Source of the DNA: Coriobacteriaceae bacterium | GTDB taxonomy: Bacteria; Actinomycetota; Coriobacteriia; Coriobacteriales; Atopobiaceae | DNA: 64,000 bases | Reading direction: 5' to 3' | Assembly: GCA_004557505.1 (NCBI GenBank) | Contig: SFGZ01000004.1 | Span: 23,866-87,865, forward strand | In this document: positions 28,549 to 38,319 of the stretch, piece by piece | Position numbering within the stretch: position 1 is the first letter of the stretch | How the letters are laid out: each line of letters starts with the position of its first letter | Position numbers and translations under genes: made by a program | Notes under the pieces: generated by a model | Told to the model about the DNA's origin: nothing | What the model saw: the letters and a program-made list of their open reading frames with translations, nothing else | Database searches by the model: none

Positions 28549-28849
28549 AGCGCTCCAATTTTCGTGGGTTCTGCCTGCGAATCCCTGCATACTCCAAGTA
28601 CAAGTCGCTGAATATAGCACTCTTCCCAGGGGAAGGTAAGCGCTGCACCCTTCCGACAAGTATATGCAGTTGGCATGTGGTTTGCCGACGATGTGCCCAG
28701 GGCGCTCGCCGTGCGGCGGGGATCGGCGGTGCCGGCGCTGGATGCGCGACGCCGCCCATCTCGCCCCCGCCGCGCCCCCCGCCCCTCTCGCCTAGAATGG
28801 GCACGCTGGCGATGTTCGCAGTCAGGGTTTTGCGAGGGAAGGGGTCCAT

Positions 28850-30370
28850 ATGGCAGATGAGAGCACGAAGGCGACGCCCCAGGAGGCGTCCTCGGCCGAG
28901 GCGCCGCGCCATCCGTACGCGAGCGTGCCCGCGAACGTGGCGAGGGGCGTGCCCAACCCGGCGAGCGCGCGCCTCTCGTGGACGGACGGCGAGAGGACCA
29001 TCGACTACGTGTCCACGGCGGCCCATCTTGACGTCCGCGACGACTCGGGGCGCCTTGAGGGCAAGATGTTCTCGCTCTCGTACGTTGCGGTGGACGGGGA
29101 GGGCCAGGCAGACGCCGCCCGCCCGGTGACCTTTGCCTACAACGGCGGTCCCGGCTCGGCCTCGGTGCCCATCAACTTTGGCGGCATCGGGCCCCGTCGC
29201 GTCGAGACCGACGGCACCAGCCACCTTGCCGCCTCGGCACGGACAACCGACAACCCCCACACGCTGCTCAAGGACTCCGACCTCGTGTTTCTCGATGCGC
29301 TGGGAACCGGGTGGTCCGTGGTTGCCGACGGCTGCGATCCTGCGACGGCCTTCTCGGTCGACGGCGACGCGGACGCCTTTGCCCGCGCGATCATGGACTG
29401 GCTCGAGAAGAACCACCGCTGGTCAAGCCCCATCTATCTCTTTGGCGAGTCCTACGGCACCTTCAGAAACGCCGTGCTCATGAGGCTTCTGGGCGAGAGG
29501 TCCGTCAAGCTCACCGGCGTGGTGATGCTCTCGGCCATCTGGGACTGGGTGCAGACGCTTCCCGGCGAAGACCTCTACTACCTTGGCATGATGCCCACCT
29601 ATGCCGCCGCCGCACAGTTCTTTGACCGCGCAGGCGCGGGCGTCGACCCCGACGAGTGGTTCGACCGCGCTATGGACTTCGCCGAAGACGTGCTGGCGCC
29701 GGCGCTTCTCCGCGGCGACCGCCTGGGCGCGGAGCGCGAGCGCGACGTGGCGCGTCAGCTCTCGGAGTTCGTCGGGCTGCCCGCCGGGTTTCTGGCGAGA
29801 CGCCACCTGCGCGTTGGGCTCACGGAGTTCCGCCGTAGGCTCCTGTGCGACGAGGGCCGGGTGTGCGGCCGCCTCGACATGCGCTTCTGCTCGGACGAGC
29901 CGTCGCCCATGCAGGAGAGCCTCGACTGGCTCGGCGGCGAGGACGCCGCCGATGACGCTGTGGAGGCCAGCTGGACCAACGCCTTCCGCGCGTTCTGCTC
30001 GGACGAGCTTGGCTACGAGGGGCCCTCGGTCTACCTGGGCCAGAACTGGGAGCACGTTGGCCACACGTGGGTCTGGCAGCACGAGGTGCCCGGCACGGGC
30101 GAGAAGGTGGGCGCGCCCAACGTGGCTGGCGACGTGGCCCTTGCCATGCGCCGCAACCCCACGATGAAGCTTGCGATCATCGGCGGCCGCTACGACGCGG
30201 CGACCACGTTCTGGAACGTGCGCCACGACCTGAGCTGCCAGTTCCTCTCGCCGGCGCTCAAGGAGCGCGTGACGTGGCTGCGCTATGGCTGCGGGCACAT
30301 GGCCTACGTGGACGAGCCCACGCTCGCCGCCATGGACCGCGACATCCACGGGTTCTACGAGAGGGCGTGA
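28850..30370 (+). CDS. S10-family serine carboxypeptidase-like peptidase
   Basis: YNGGPGSAS and the FGESYGT (GESYG) nucleophile motif. The C-terminus has GCGHMAYVD. Confidence 0.72.
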   Translation: MADESTKATPQEASSAEAPRHPYASVPANVARGVPNPASARLSWTDGERTIDYVSTAAHLDVRDDSGRLEGKMFSLSYVAVDGEGQADAARPVTFAYNGGPGSASVPINFGGIGPRRVETDGTSHLAASARTTDNPHTLLKDSDLVFLDALGTGWSVVADGCDPATAFSVDGDADAFARAIMDWLEKNHRWSSPIYLFGESYGTFRNAVLMRLLGERSVKLTGVVMLSAIWDWVQTLPGEDLYYLGMMPTYAAAAQFFDRAGAGVDPDEWFDRAMDFAEDVLAPALLRGDRLGAERERDVARQLSEFVGLPAGFLARRHLRVGLTEFRRRLLCDEGRVCGRLDMRFCSDEPSPMQESLDWLGGEDAADDAVEASWTNAFRAFCSDELGYEGPSVYLGQNWEHVGHTWVWQHEVPGTGEKVGAPNVAGDVALAMRRNPTMKLAIIGGRYDAATTFWNVRHDLSCQFLSPALKERVTWLRYGCGHMAYVDEPTLAAMDRDIHGFYERA

Positions 30371-30395
30371 GGCAGGGGGACGGCCCCCTGCCTCA
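30368..30395. repeat. Stop-codon-overlapping palindromic element, copy b
   Basis: TGAGGCAGGGGG-ACGG-CCCCCTGCCTCA with perfect 12-bp arms. The TGA is the peptidase stop codon. Confidence 0.85.
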
Positions 30396-30435
30396 TCAAT
30401 CAGGCCGGCCCCCGCGCAGGGGACCGGCCTTCTCG

Positions 30436-32742
30436 CTAGATGCCCAGCTCCTTGGGCGTGATGCCATCCTCGCGACGCGCCACCAGGTAGGCGTGGTGAA
30501 TCTTGGGGTTGCGCGAGAAGTCCTCGGGGATGGTCTTGGCGGTGATGTCCGTCAGCCCCACGCCCGCCTTCTCGAGGGTCTCGACGTCCGGCTTGAAGTT
30601 CCGCAGGTTGCACGAGAAGATTGCGCAGCCGCCGCGCGAGAGCAGCCGCGAGACCGAGATGATGAGGTCGGCGTGGTCGCGCTGCACGTCCCATGAGCTG
30701 GCGCGCATCCGGTTGGAGTTGGAGAACGTGGGCACGTCGCAGAAGACGAGGTCCCAGGTGTAGCGGTGCTCGTGACGCCGGTCGGCCACCCACTGCAGGA
30801 CGTCCGCCTGGACGAACTCGTGGCTGCGTCCGACGAAGCCGTTCCTCTCCATGTTGCGGCGCGCCCAGTCAAGCGACGGCTTCGAGAGGTCGACCGTGGT
30901 GGTGAGCCCCGCGCCCCCATCCGCCGCATAGCAGCTTGCCGTGCCGGTGTAGGCGAAGAGGTTGAGGAAGCTCCCGCCGGGCGCGCGCTTCATGAGCTCG
31001 CGCACCATCGAGCGGGTCTCTCGGTGGTCGAGGAAGAGCCCGCAGTCCAGGCGCTCGGAGAAGTTGACCTCAAAGGTGAGGCCGCCCTCGTCCACAAGGT
31101 GCGCGCCGCGGGGCAGCTCCACGCGCCCACCGCGCCTGCCGCTCGCGCCGCGTTCGTCGCGCGCCGAGACGCCGCGCCCATCTCGGCCCCCGTCCGCGTA
31201 TTGCGAGCCCCCGCGCGCCCGCGTGCGCACGCGCACGTGTACGTCGTCGGGGCTCACGTCCAGGACGCGCGGTGCGATGGCCAGCACGTCAAGGAGGCGC
31301 CTGCGCGCAAGGCCGGCGTCCACGTCGCGCGGTGCCGCATACTCGGAGACGTAGAGCCAGCGGCCCGGCGTGGCCGAGCCCCTATAGAGGTCGATCGAGA
31401 CGGCGTAGTCAGGCAGGTCGGCGTCGTAGACGCGGTAGCAGCTCACGTCTTCGCGCGCCGCCCATCTGGCGCGCAGCCTGGCCACCTTCGCGAGGCGCGC
31501 GGCAAACTGGTCGGAGGCCCCCACCAGCACGGGCACGCTGCCCGCATCCCCGCGCAGCCGCACCAGCGGGTGCTCCGCCGAGAGGGACATGGGGTCGTAG
31601 CAGCGGATGGTCGCATCATCGCGGCCGAGGATCACGCCGATCGCCTCCGCGGGCTCACCGCCTGCGGCGGCGTCTGCGGCGTCGTCGGGGGAGAGCGCCA
31701 CTATGCCCGCGCCGTCGTGCCCCGCAACCGCCCCCACGCCCGCCGAGAAGAGCGAGAGCGCCTCGGCCTCGCCGGCAAGGTCGCCCGGACGAGGCCACGC
31801 GAGGTCGGCCACGACCAGCGGCGCGCCGCCGCCCACGGCGGACGCAAGCTCTCCCGCGCCAACGAAGCGCGGATCCGCGTCCACGCCCGCCGCGCGGAGC
31901 GCCCTCCTCGCGGCTGCCTCCGCGCCCGGCCGCGTGTCGCAGAGCAGGAGCCCCACGTCGTTCTTGGTCCCCGCCGCCGCGCGGTCGGCGGCCTCGGCGG
32001 CAAGCGCGTCCCAGGCCCCCGCGTCGTGGCCGGCCCAGCGAGAGAAGCCCCAGCGAACGCGGAGGAGCCCCGGCGCGCGGTCGAGCGCCTGGCCCGCCGC
32101 CTCGACGGCCACGCCACCCGTGCCGCAGAAGAGGTTCACCAGCACGGGCGATCCATGCCGCACGTCCCTGAACCAGCAGCCGGCCTCAAGGAGGGCGGCC
32201 GCGTAGTCTGCCCGGCGCGGGGCGAGGCGCCCGAGGCCCGTGGGGGCAGCCTCCCAGCCGCGGTGGAAGAGCGGCTCCCCCGTGAGGTCGATGCCCACGG
32301 TGGCGCGCTCGCGCGAGAGGCGCACGACAATGCCCACGTCCGGCGCGTCCGTGTTGACCAGCGGCCGCGCGCCCCTGCGCGCAAGGAGCCTGTCCGCCAC
32401 GGCGTCCTTCGAGCGCAAGGCCACGAACTGCGTGTTCCTCAGCCGGTCATTGGCGCCGCGCGCCTCGACGGCCATCGTCGCGCCGGGTGCCACGTGCTCC
32501 TCCCAGGGAATCGCCGCGAGGCCCGCGTAGAGCTGGTCTGCGTCGGCGGCGGCGATGCGGGCCAGTACGAGCGTCACGTTGGAGGCAAGTCGCGACCACA
32601 GGCAGCAGCGGTAGGCATCCGCAAGGCTTCCTGCGAACGAGACCTGGCCCACGAGCGGGCGCACCCCCTCGGCGCCAAGCGCCCGCAGCTCTCCCGCGAG
32701 GAGGGGCTCGAAGCCCTTGGGGCAGGTTGCGACAAACTCCAT
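30436..32742 (-). CDS. rlmL: Bifunctional 23S rRNA methyltransferase RlmKL-like (THUMP plus two SAM-MTase modules)
   Basis: The N-terminus FVATCPKGFEPLLAGEL...AYRCCLWSRLASN is typical of RlmL. The C-terminal MTase is FLNLFAYTGTASCYAADGGA. Confidence 0.8.
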   Translation of the reverse strand: MEFVATCPKGFEPLLAGELRALGAEGVRPLVGQVSFAGSLADAYRCCLWSRLASNVTLVLARIAAADADQLYAGLAAIPWEEHVAPGATMAVEARGANDRLRNTQFVALRSKDAVADRLLARRGARPLVNTDAPDVGIVVRLSRERATVGIDLTGEPLFHRGWEAAPTGLGRLAPRRADYAAALLEAGCWFRDVRHGSPVLVNLFCGTGGVAVEAAGQALDRAPGLLRVRWGFSRWAGHDAGAWDALAAEAADRAAAGTKNDVGLLLCDTRPGAEAAARRALRAAGVDADPRFVGAGELASAVGGGAPLVVADLAWPRPGDLAGEAEALSLFSAGVGAVAGHDGAGIVALSPDDAADAAAGGEPAEAIGVILGRDDATIRCYDPMSLSAEHPLVRLRGDAGSVPVLVGASDQFAARLAKVARLRARWAAREDVSCYRVYDADLPDYAVSIDLYRGSATPGRWLYVSEYAAPRDVDAGLARRRLLDVLAIAPRVLDVSPDDVHVRVRTRARGGSQYADGGRDGRGVSARDERGASGRRGGRVELPRGAHLVDEGGLTFEVNFSERLDCGLFLDHRETRSMVRELMKRAPGGSFLNLFAYTGTASCYAADGGAGLTTTVDLSKPSLDWARRNMERNGFVGRSHEFVQADVLQWVADRRHEHRYTWDLVFCDVPTFSNSNRMRASSWDVQRDHADLIISVSRLLSRGGCAIFSCNLRNFKPDVETLEKAGVGLTDITAKTIPEDFSRNPKIHHAYLVARREDGITPKELGI

Positions 32743-33031
32743 CGGGACACCTCTCGCCCGTGACCTCGCGCGCCGGCTGGCGCGCCCTACGGCATCCTTG
32801 CGCGCCGCGAGCCATGCGCGCCGCGAACGTCGTTGCGACCATCATACGTGCGCCCGCCTCGTGCGGAGGGTGCCGTCCGCCCATCCGCTTACAGCTCCAC
32901 AAAGTCATTCGTCCGTATGAGGGCGCGAAGATGCCCCGCCACGGATAGAATCTAACTGTACCGCTCGCACTTGTTCGTTGGAAGCCGCGGCGCACCGCGC
33001 GTGCCCGCATGGCAGGAAGCAAGGGGGAACC

Positions 33032-34756
33032 ATGGACGCAGGCGTGAAGGACACCATCAAGCTTTGGCAGGACAACGTTACCGAGCCAGACCTCAAGGCC
33101 GAGCTTGACGCCCTTGTCAGCGCCGGGGACGAGGACGCTCTCAACGACGCCTTCTACCGCAACCTTGAGTTTGGCACCGCAGGCCTGCGCGGCACGCTCG
33201 GCGTGGGCACCAACCGCATGAACGTCTACGTGGTTGCCCAGGCCACCCAGGGCGTGGCCAACTACTTGAACGCCCACTACGACCACCCCACCATCGCCAT
33301 CGCGCGCGACTCCCGGCTCAAGGGCGAGGACTTCCAGCGCGTCGCCGCCGGCGTCCTTGCCGCCAATGGCGTGCGCGTCTATGTCTACCCGCGCATCGAG
33401 CCCGTCCCCACGCTCTCCTTTGCGGTGCGCTACCTGCACGCCTCCGCCGGCATCGTGCTCACGGCGTCGCACAACCCGGCGCAGTACAACGGCTACAAGG
33501 TCTACAACGACAACGGCGGCCAGATCGCCAACGAGGCCGCGGACGAGATCAGCGCCTCCATCGCGCAGACGCCCGTCTTCGGCGGCGTCAAGATGATGGA
33601 CTTCGATGAGGGCCTCAGGCAGGGCCTCATCGAGTGGATGCCGGAGGAGGTCCTCGACGCCTTCATCGAGGCCGTCAAGAAGGTCTCCGTGCCCGGCTTC
33701 AAGGCGCCCGAGGGCTACAAGGTGGTCTACACGCCGCTCAACGGCACCGGCATGGAGTGCGTCACGCGCATCCTCAAGGAGATCGGCGTGAGCGACGTCA
33801 CCGTTGTGCCCGAGCAGGCCAAGCCCGACGGCAACTTCCCCACCTGCCAGTACCCCAACCCGGAGTTCCGCGAGGCGCTGCAGCTGGCGCTCGACCTTGC
33901 CGAGAAGGTCAAGCCCAACCTGGTCGTGGCCACCGACCCCGACGCCGACCGCATGGGCACCGCCATCCCTCACGACGGCGAGTACAAGCTGCTCACCGGC
34001 AACGAGATGGGCGTCCTCATGATGGACTGGCTCGTCAAGATGGCAGTCGAGCGCGGCGAGGACCCCAAGCGCAAGGTCGCCGTGTCCACGATTGTCTCGT
34101 CCGTGATGCCCGACGCCCTTGCCAGGCACTACGGCTTTGAGATGCGCCGCGTGCTCACCGGCTTCAAGTACATTGGCGACCAGATCGACCAGCTCAAGGA
34201 CGAGGGCGAGGAAGACCGCTTCCTCATGGGCTTCGAGGAGTCCTACGGCTACCTCGTGGGCACGCACGCGCGCGACAAGGACGCCATCGTGGCCGTCGAG
34301 ATGTGCGTCGAGATGGCGGCGTATTACGCCGAGCGCGGCATGGACCTCTACGAGGCCATGGAGGAGCTCTACAAGCAGTATGGCTACTACCTCAACGGCA
34401 CCGTGAACGCGCAGTTCCCGGGCGAGGCCGGCGCCAGGCGCATGGCGCAGATCATGACCGACCTTCGCGAGAAGCCCCTCACCGAGATTGGCGGCTACCA
34501 GGTCGTGGGCGTGACCGACTTTGGCAAGGGCGCCGAGATGCCCCGCGTCTCCGGCCTGCAGAAGGAGCCCGCGCAGGAGCTGCCGGCAGCCAACGTGATC
34601 GAGTACCGCCTGGAGGACGATAACAAGGTGATCTTCCGTCCGTCCGGCACCGAGCCCAAGGTCAAGGCCTACCTGTTCGCCAAGGGCGCCACACATGCAG
34701 AGGCCGAGGCCGTGCGAGCCAGGCTCCAGGAGGCCGCCGAGAAGGTGCTCTCGTAA
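33032..34756 (+). CDS. pgcA: Phosphoglucomutase / phospho-sugar mutase
   Basis: TASHNPAQYNGYKVY active-site loop, VATDPDADRMG metal loop and GFEESYGY. ATG 33032 follows AAGGGGGA. Confidence 0.88.
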   Translation: MDAGVKDTIKLWQDNVTEPDLKAELDALVSAGDEDALNDAFYRNLEFGTAGLRGTLGVGTNRMNVYVVAQATQGVANYLNAHYDHPTIAIARDSRLKGEDFQRVAAGVLAANGVRVYVYPRIEPVPTLSFAVRYLHASAGIVLTASHNPAQYNGYKVYNDNGGQIANEAADEISASIAQTPVFGGVKMMDFDEGLRQGLIEWMPEEVLDAFIEAVKKVSVPGFKAPEGYKVVYTPLNGTGMECVTRILKEIGVSDVTVVPEQAKPDGNFPTCQYPNPEFREALQLALDLAEKVKPNLVVATDPDADRMGTAIPHDGEYKLLTGNEMGVLMMDWLVKMAVERGEDPKRKVAVSTIVSSVMPDALARHYGFEMRRVLTGFKYIGDQIDQLKDEGEEDRFLMGFEESYGYLVGTHARDKDAIVAVEMCVEMAAYYAERGMDLYEAMEELYKQYGYYLNGTVNAQFPGEAGARRMAQIMTDLREKPLTEIGGYQVVGVTDFGKGAEMPRVSGLQKEPAQELPAANVIEYRLEDDNKVIFRPSGTEPKVKAYLFAKGATHAEAEAVRARLQEAAEKVLS

Positions 34757-34796
34757 GCCAAAGGGAGCCCCCTGTCTCGTTAGATGTTTGATGAAT

Positions 34797-34826
34797 CCCC
34801 GGTGCCGACGCGCCGGGGCTTTTCGT
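34797..34826 (+). terminator. Rho-independent terminator after pgcA
   Basis: CCCCGGTG / CGCCGGGG stem followed by CTTTTCGTT. It lies between convergent genes. Confidence 0.55.
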
Positions 34827-34834
34827 TGCCCGCA

Positions 34835-35617
34835 CTACTTCGCCAGGTGCTCGCGCACACGTGTGAGCTGGGACTTGCTGATGCCGCAGGCGAGAAGGTA
34901 TGCCTCAACCGAGCCGTAGCTCTCGAGCAGGCCATCGTACACGCGGCCCATGAGACGGGCCAGCACGTCCACAGTGGTGAAGCTAGGAGATACGCCTTGG
35001 TAGACGTAGGCGTCGACCTCCTCGCGCGAGGCGAAGGAGTAGGTGTAGTCCGCGACGATGCTCGTGCGATCCACGCCGCACAGGCCAAGGAGCAGCATCG
35101 ATGCTATGCCGGTGCGGTCCATCCCCGCGGCACAGTGGTAGAGCACGCACTCGTCGGGCGCCGCCTCGGCGAACGCCGAGAAGATCTGGCGCACGGCTTC
35201 GTGGTTGTCGAGCATCCTGAGGTAGCCGGACGCCAGGTAGTCGTGCGTGTCTTCGGGAAGGCGCAGCCTGGGGTCGTGCAGGTTGGTGCCAAAGAGCGGC
35301 ACGTTTGTGTAGGTGACGCCGGGGCAGGTGGCAAAGACGTCCGGCGATCCCGCGCACTCCTGGGCGCTTCGCAGGTCAACCACGCGGCCGACGCCGTATT
35401 CGCGCAAGTAGCGGGCCTCCTTGCGCGAGAGCGTCGAGGTGGAGCCGGAGCGCAGGAAGCGCTTGCTGAGCGTTGTTGTGCCCGGCGCACGGCCAGGGGC
35501 CGTCGGCAGGGGATATCCGCCCAGCTCACGGCAGTTGTCGCCCACGGAGAGGAGCCGCCCGCCCCCAGAGGGGCTAGCGGCACTCGCGCCGTCTTTCTTG
35601 CGAAACCAGCCCAGCAT
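34835..35617 (-). CDS. Tyrosine-protein phosphatase (Y_phosphatase3-like)
   Basis: HCAAGMDRTG CX5R P-loop. The start is trimmed to MLGWFRKKD (ATG 35617). Confidence 0.75.
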   Translation of the reverse strand: MLGWFRKKDGASAASPSGGGRLLSVGDNCRELGGYPLPTAPGRAPGTTTLSKRFLRSGSTSTLSRKEARYLREYGVGRVVDLRSAQECAGSPDVFATCPGVTYTNVPLFGTNLHDPRLRLPEDTHDYLASGYLRMLDNHEAVRQIFSAFAEAAPDECVLYHCAAGMDRTGIASMLLLGLCGVDRTSIVADYTYSFASREEVDAYVYQGVSPSFTTVDVLARLMGRVYDGLLESYGSVEAYLLACGISKSQLTRVREHLAK

Positions 35618-35631
35618 ACCTGCGACCCTCC

Positions 35632-35922
35632 CTACTCGTCGCGTTCGCGGTTGTAGAACTCGGTGATTTTGGCGTTGTAGTACTCGCCCTTCTTGCGCTC
35701 CACCCAGGCATCGCGCTGCTCTGCGATGGCGACGGCCTCGTCGGCGGCCTCCTCCATGGATTGGGGCCGCGCCTGCACGAGGTAGGCGGCCATGAGCTGC
35801 ATGGCGCCAACGGAGCCCAGGTAGATGGCGAGCGCCTCGCCAAACTCCGCCGGCCATCCGCAGCGCCGCGCCGCCCGCATGAGCGCCTGGCACGCCTGGT
35901 CCCTGCCGTCCGTCTCGTCCAT
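35632..35922 (-). CDS. Hypothetical small acidic protein (96 aa)
   Basis: ATG 35922 is preceded by GGAGGGA. It lies 14 nt upstream of the phosphatase gene. No motif was recognised. Confidence 0.45.
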   Translation of the reverse strand: MDETDGRDQACQALMRAARRCGWPAEFGEALAIYLGSVGAMQLMAAYLVQARPQSMEEAADEAVAIAEQRDAWVERKKGEYYNAKITEFYNRERDE

Positions 35923-36067
35923 GTGGCTCCCTCCATAGGCTTGCTGTGGCAATCCTAGCAGTGCGGGGCATTGGGGCTGGAGGACAAGTTGTGTCGTCCT
36001 GCTGCCAAGCGGCGAAAACAGCCCGCCCTCGCACGCCTCACTCCAACCACGCAAGGCCTCCGGGCAA

Positions 36068-36270
36068 AATGACGCGCAGAAGTTAGGAAGTGAGTGAGCC
36101 CAGCAGGGAAAGCGTATGCGCTTTGCCGCCAGGTCGGGCGCTCGAACACAGAACCGTTTCGCGTCAACAGGGATAACGTTAATATGTGCCTCCCATTGCC
36201 TCTACGAAGATACAGATGGGTGCCCTCGCCCAAGAAAATAGCGCTCACTTCCTAACTTCTGCGTGTCATT
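36068..36270. repeat. 27-bp inverted repeats flanking a 149-bp spacer (MITE-like element or long-stem RNA)
   Basis: Left arm 36068-36094 is AATGACGCGCAGAAGTTAGGAAGTGAG. Right arm 36244-36270 is CTCACTTCCTAACTTCTGCGTGTCATT. They are complementary at 26 of 27 positions, and pairing extends with a 1-nt bulge to GGCAAA/TTTGCC. Confidence 0.7.
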
Positions 36271-36418
36271 TGCCTACATGTCCTTGTGCGCACGGATCCG
36301 AAGGGGCCTTGAGGGCGTTGCGCTGACCTCCCAGTGCGGTCCATACTCATGATCCATGGGTTGGCCGGAATGGAATCGCAGAATCGAGGGACTCGCGGTG
36401 GGGAATCGGGGCAAGACA

Positions 36419-36952
36419 ATGCGCGCGGATGACGCAATCAGCATCCTGTTCGTCTGCCATGGCAACATCTGTCGCTCGACCATGGCCCAGTTTGTGATGG
36501 AGGAGCTGGCGCGCAGGGCCGGGCGCGAGAGCGACTTCGAGATCGACTCGGCCGCGACCAGCCGCGAGGAGCTGGGCAACGACGTCCATCCCGGCACGCG
36601 AGAACGGCTGCGCCGCGCGGGCATTCCCTGCGGCCACCACGCCTCCCGCCAGATGGGCCCCAGGGACTACGCCCGCTTCGATTACATCGTGGGCATGGAC
36701 CGCGACAACTACGATGGCATGTACCGGCTGCTTCTGGGCGAGCGGGGCGTGGGGTTCTCCTGGCCGCCCGTCTCGACGCAGCTCGTTCACAAGGCGGACC
36801 CGCTGCACAAGGTCTCGCTGCTCATGGACTGGACGGGCCATCCCCGCGACGTGGCAGACCCCTGGTACACAGGTGATTTCGACGCAACCTACAGCGATGT
36901 GATGGCCGGCTGTTCGGCCATGCTCGACGCCCTCGTCGCGCAGGGACGCTAG
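36419..36952 (+). CDS. Low-molecular-weight protein-tyrosine phosphatase
   Basis: ILFVCHGNICRS (CX5R-S) near the N-terminus and the DPWY aspartate loop. The start is trimmed to ATG 36419. Confidence 0.85.
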   Translation: MRADDAISILFVCHGNICRSTMAQFVMEELARRAGRESDFEIDSAATSREELGNDVHPGTRERLRRAGIPCGHHASRQMGPRDYARFDYIVGMDRDNYDGMYRLLLGERGVGFSWPPVSTQLVHKADPLHKVSLLMDWTGHPRDVADPWYTGDFDATYSDVMAGCSAMLDALVAQGR

Positions 36953-36955
36953 GCG

Positions 36956-38140
36956 GTGGGCGCGGCTATCCCCATGGAGCTCCTGGCGCCCGCGGGCGGC
37001 GTGGAGCAGCTGCGCGAGGCCATCCACTTTGGTGCCGATGCGGTCTACCTGGCCGGACGACGCTGGGGCATGCGCGCCGGGAGCCGCAACTTCTCGGATG
37101 ACGAGTTGGCGCAGGCAGTTGCCTACGCCCACGCCCGCAGCGTCGCGGTCCACGTGACCGTGAACACGGTGATGACCGATGCAGACGCGGACGCGCTGCC
37201 CGCGTTCCTCTCGCTTGTCGCAGAGGCGGGCGCGGATGCGGTGATCGTGGCTGACCTTGGTGCCGTCGCGCTTGCGCGCAGGTATGCGCCGCAGGTGGCG
37301 GTACACGTCTCCACGCAGGCTTCGGTCATGAGCGCCGTCGCGGCCGAGGAGTACGCGCGCCTTGGCGCCAGGCGGGTGGTCCTCGCCCGCGAGATGACGC
37401 TCGCTCAGATAGCCGGGTTGCGCCGCCGCGTGACGAGGGACCTCGAGCTCGAGGCGTTCGCCCACGGGTCGATGTGCATGGCGTACTCCGGCCGGTGCCT
37501 GCTCTCGGCGGGTCTCATGGGGTCCGGGCGTTCCGCCAGCCATGGGGCGTGCGCGCAGCCCTGCCGCTGGGCGTGGTCGCTTATGGAGGAGAAATCCGGA
37601 GCCACGCTGCCCGTGGAGCAGGACGGCCATGCGAGCTATATGCTCTCGTCAAACGACCTCTGCATGATCGAGCACCTTGGCGAGCTTCGGGCGGCAGGCG
37701 TTGACGCCATCAAACTGGAGGGCCGCGCGAAGGGCACCTACTACGCGGCCGCAGTGACCAACTCCTACCGTCACGTGCTGGACGGCGAAGCCGCAGGGCC
37801 CTGGTGCCGAGAGCTCGACCTCGTGAGCCACCGACCGTACTCCACCGGCTTCTACCTGGGAGAGCCGCAGCAGAATCCGGGCAGGGTGGGCTATCGGCGC
37901 GAGAGACGCCTCGTTGGCGTGGTGGAGCGGGTCGCGCCGCGCGCGAAAGGCTCCTGGGTCGTTGGCGTTCGCTGCCGCAACCGTGCGGAGGCCGGCGCCG
38001 TGGTCGAGGTGCTCTCGCCGGGGTACCCGGTGCGCAGCCTCGCGCTGCCCGCGCCTCTCGTCACCAATGGCGAGATCTACCAGCTGGAGCTTCCCTTTGC
38101 GGTGGAGCCCCTGGACCTTCTCTGCGCGCGGGAGCGATAG
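36956..38140 (+). CDS. U32-family peptidase-like protein
   Basis: ELLAPAGG...GADAVYLAG and EAFAHGSMCMAYSGRCLLS blocks. Start GTG 36956 was used; ATG 36974 is the alternative. Confidence 0.85.
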   Translation: MGAAIPMELLAPAGGVEQLREAIHFGADAVYLAGRRWGMRAGSRNFSDDELAQAVAYAHARSVAVHVTVNTVMTDADADALPAFLSLVAEAGADAVIVADLGAVALARRYAPQVAVHVSTQASVMSAVAAEEYARLGARRVVLAREMTLAQIAGLRRRVTRDLELEAFAHGSMCMAYSGRCLLSAGLMGSGRSASHGACAQPCRWAWSLMEEKSGATLPVEQDGHASYMLSSNDLCMIEHLGELRAAGVDAIKLEGRAKGTYYAAAVTNSYRHVLDGEAAGPWCRELDLVSHRPYSTGFYLGEPQQNPGRVGYRRERRLVGVVERVAPRAKGSWVVGVRCRNRAEAGAVVEVLSPGYPVRSLALPAPLVTNGEIYQLELPFAVEPLDLLCARER

Positions 38141-38319
38141 CATCCTGGCGGGCGGCCCCGTCACTCACCGACCATCACCGCAATGTCGGTCGCGTCATCC
38201 CCCCGATATGTTATAAGTAAGATGACATTAGTTCAGGGGGCCGCCGGAGGCTGCCCTTCACCCGCCGCAGCCCCCTGTGTCCATCCGTGCGGCTTGCCCG
38301 CAGGAGGGAAGGGGAGCAC

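Noticed and set aside
26065-28611. 848-aa plus-strand ORF over the kup locus. Similar long antisense ORFs lie at 7172..9307, 23655..25343, 30766..32763, 32447..34696, 36347..37630, 39872..41533 and 49222..51621.
   Set aside because: All are antisense to genes with strong family motifs. All have low-complexity Arg/Gly/Asp/His-rich translations. They are typical stop-codon-poor shadow frames in GC-rich sequence.
28549-28700. Riboswitch (for example c-di-AMP/ydaO) in the kup leader
   Set aside because: The likely leader is only about 60 nt if the TTACCT-17-TATATT promoter guess (28611-28639, minus strand) is right. It lacks the paired ACGGGG…CCCGA-type conserved segments.
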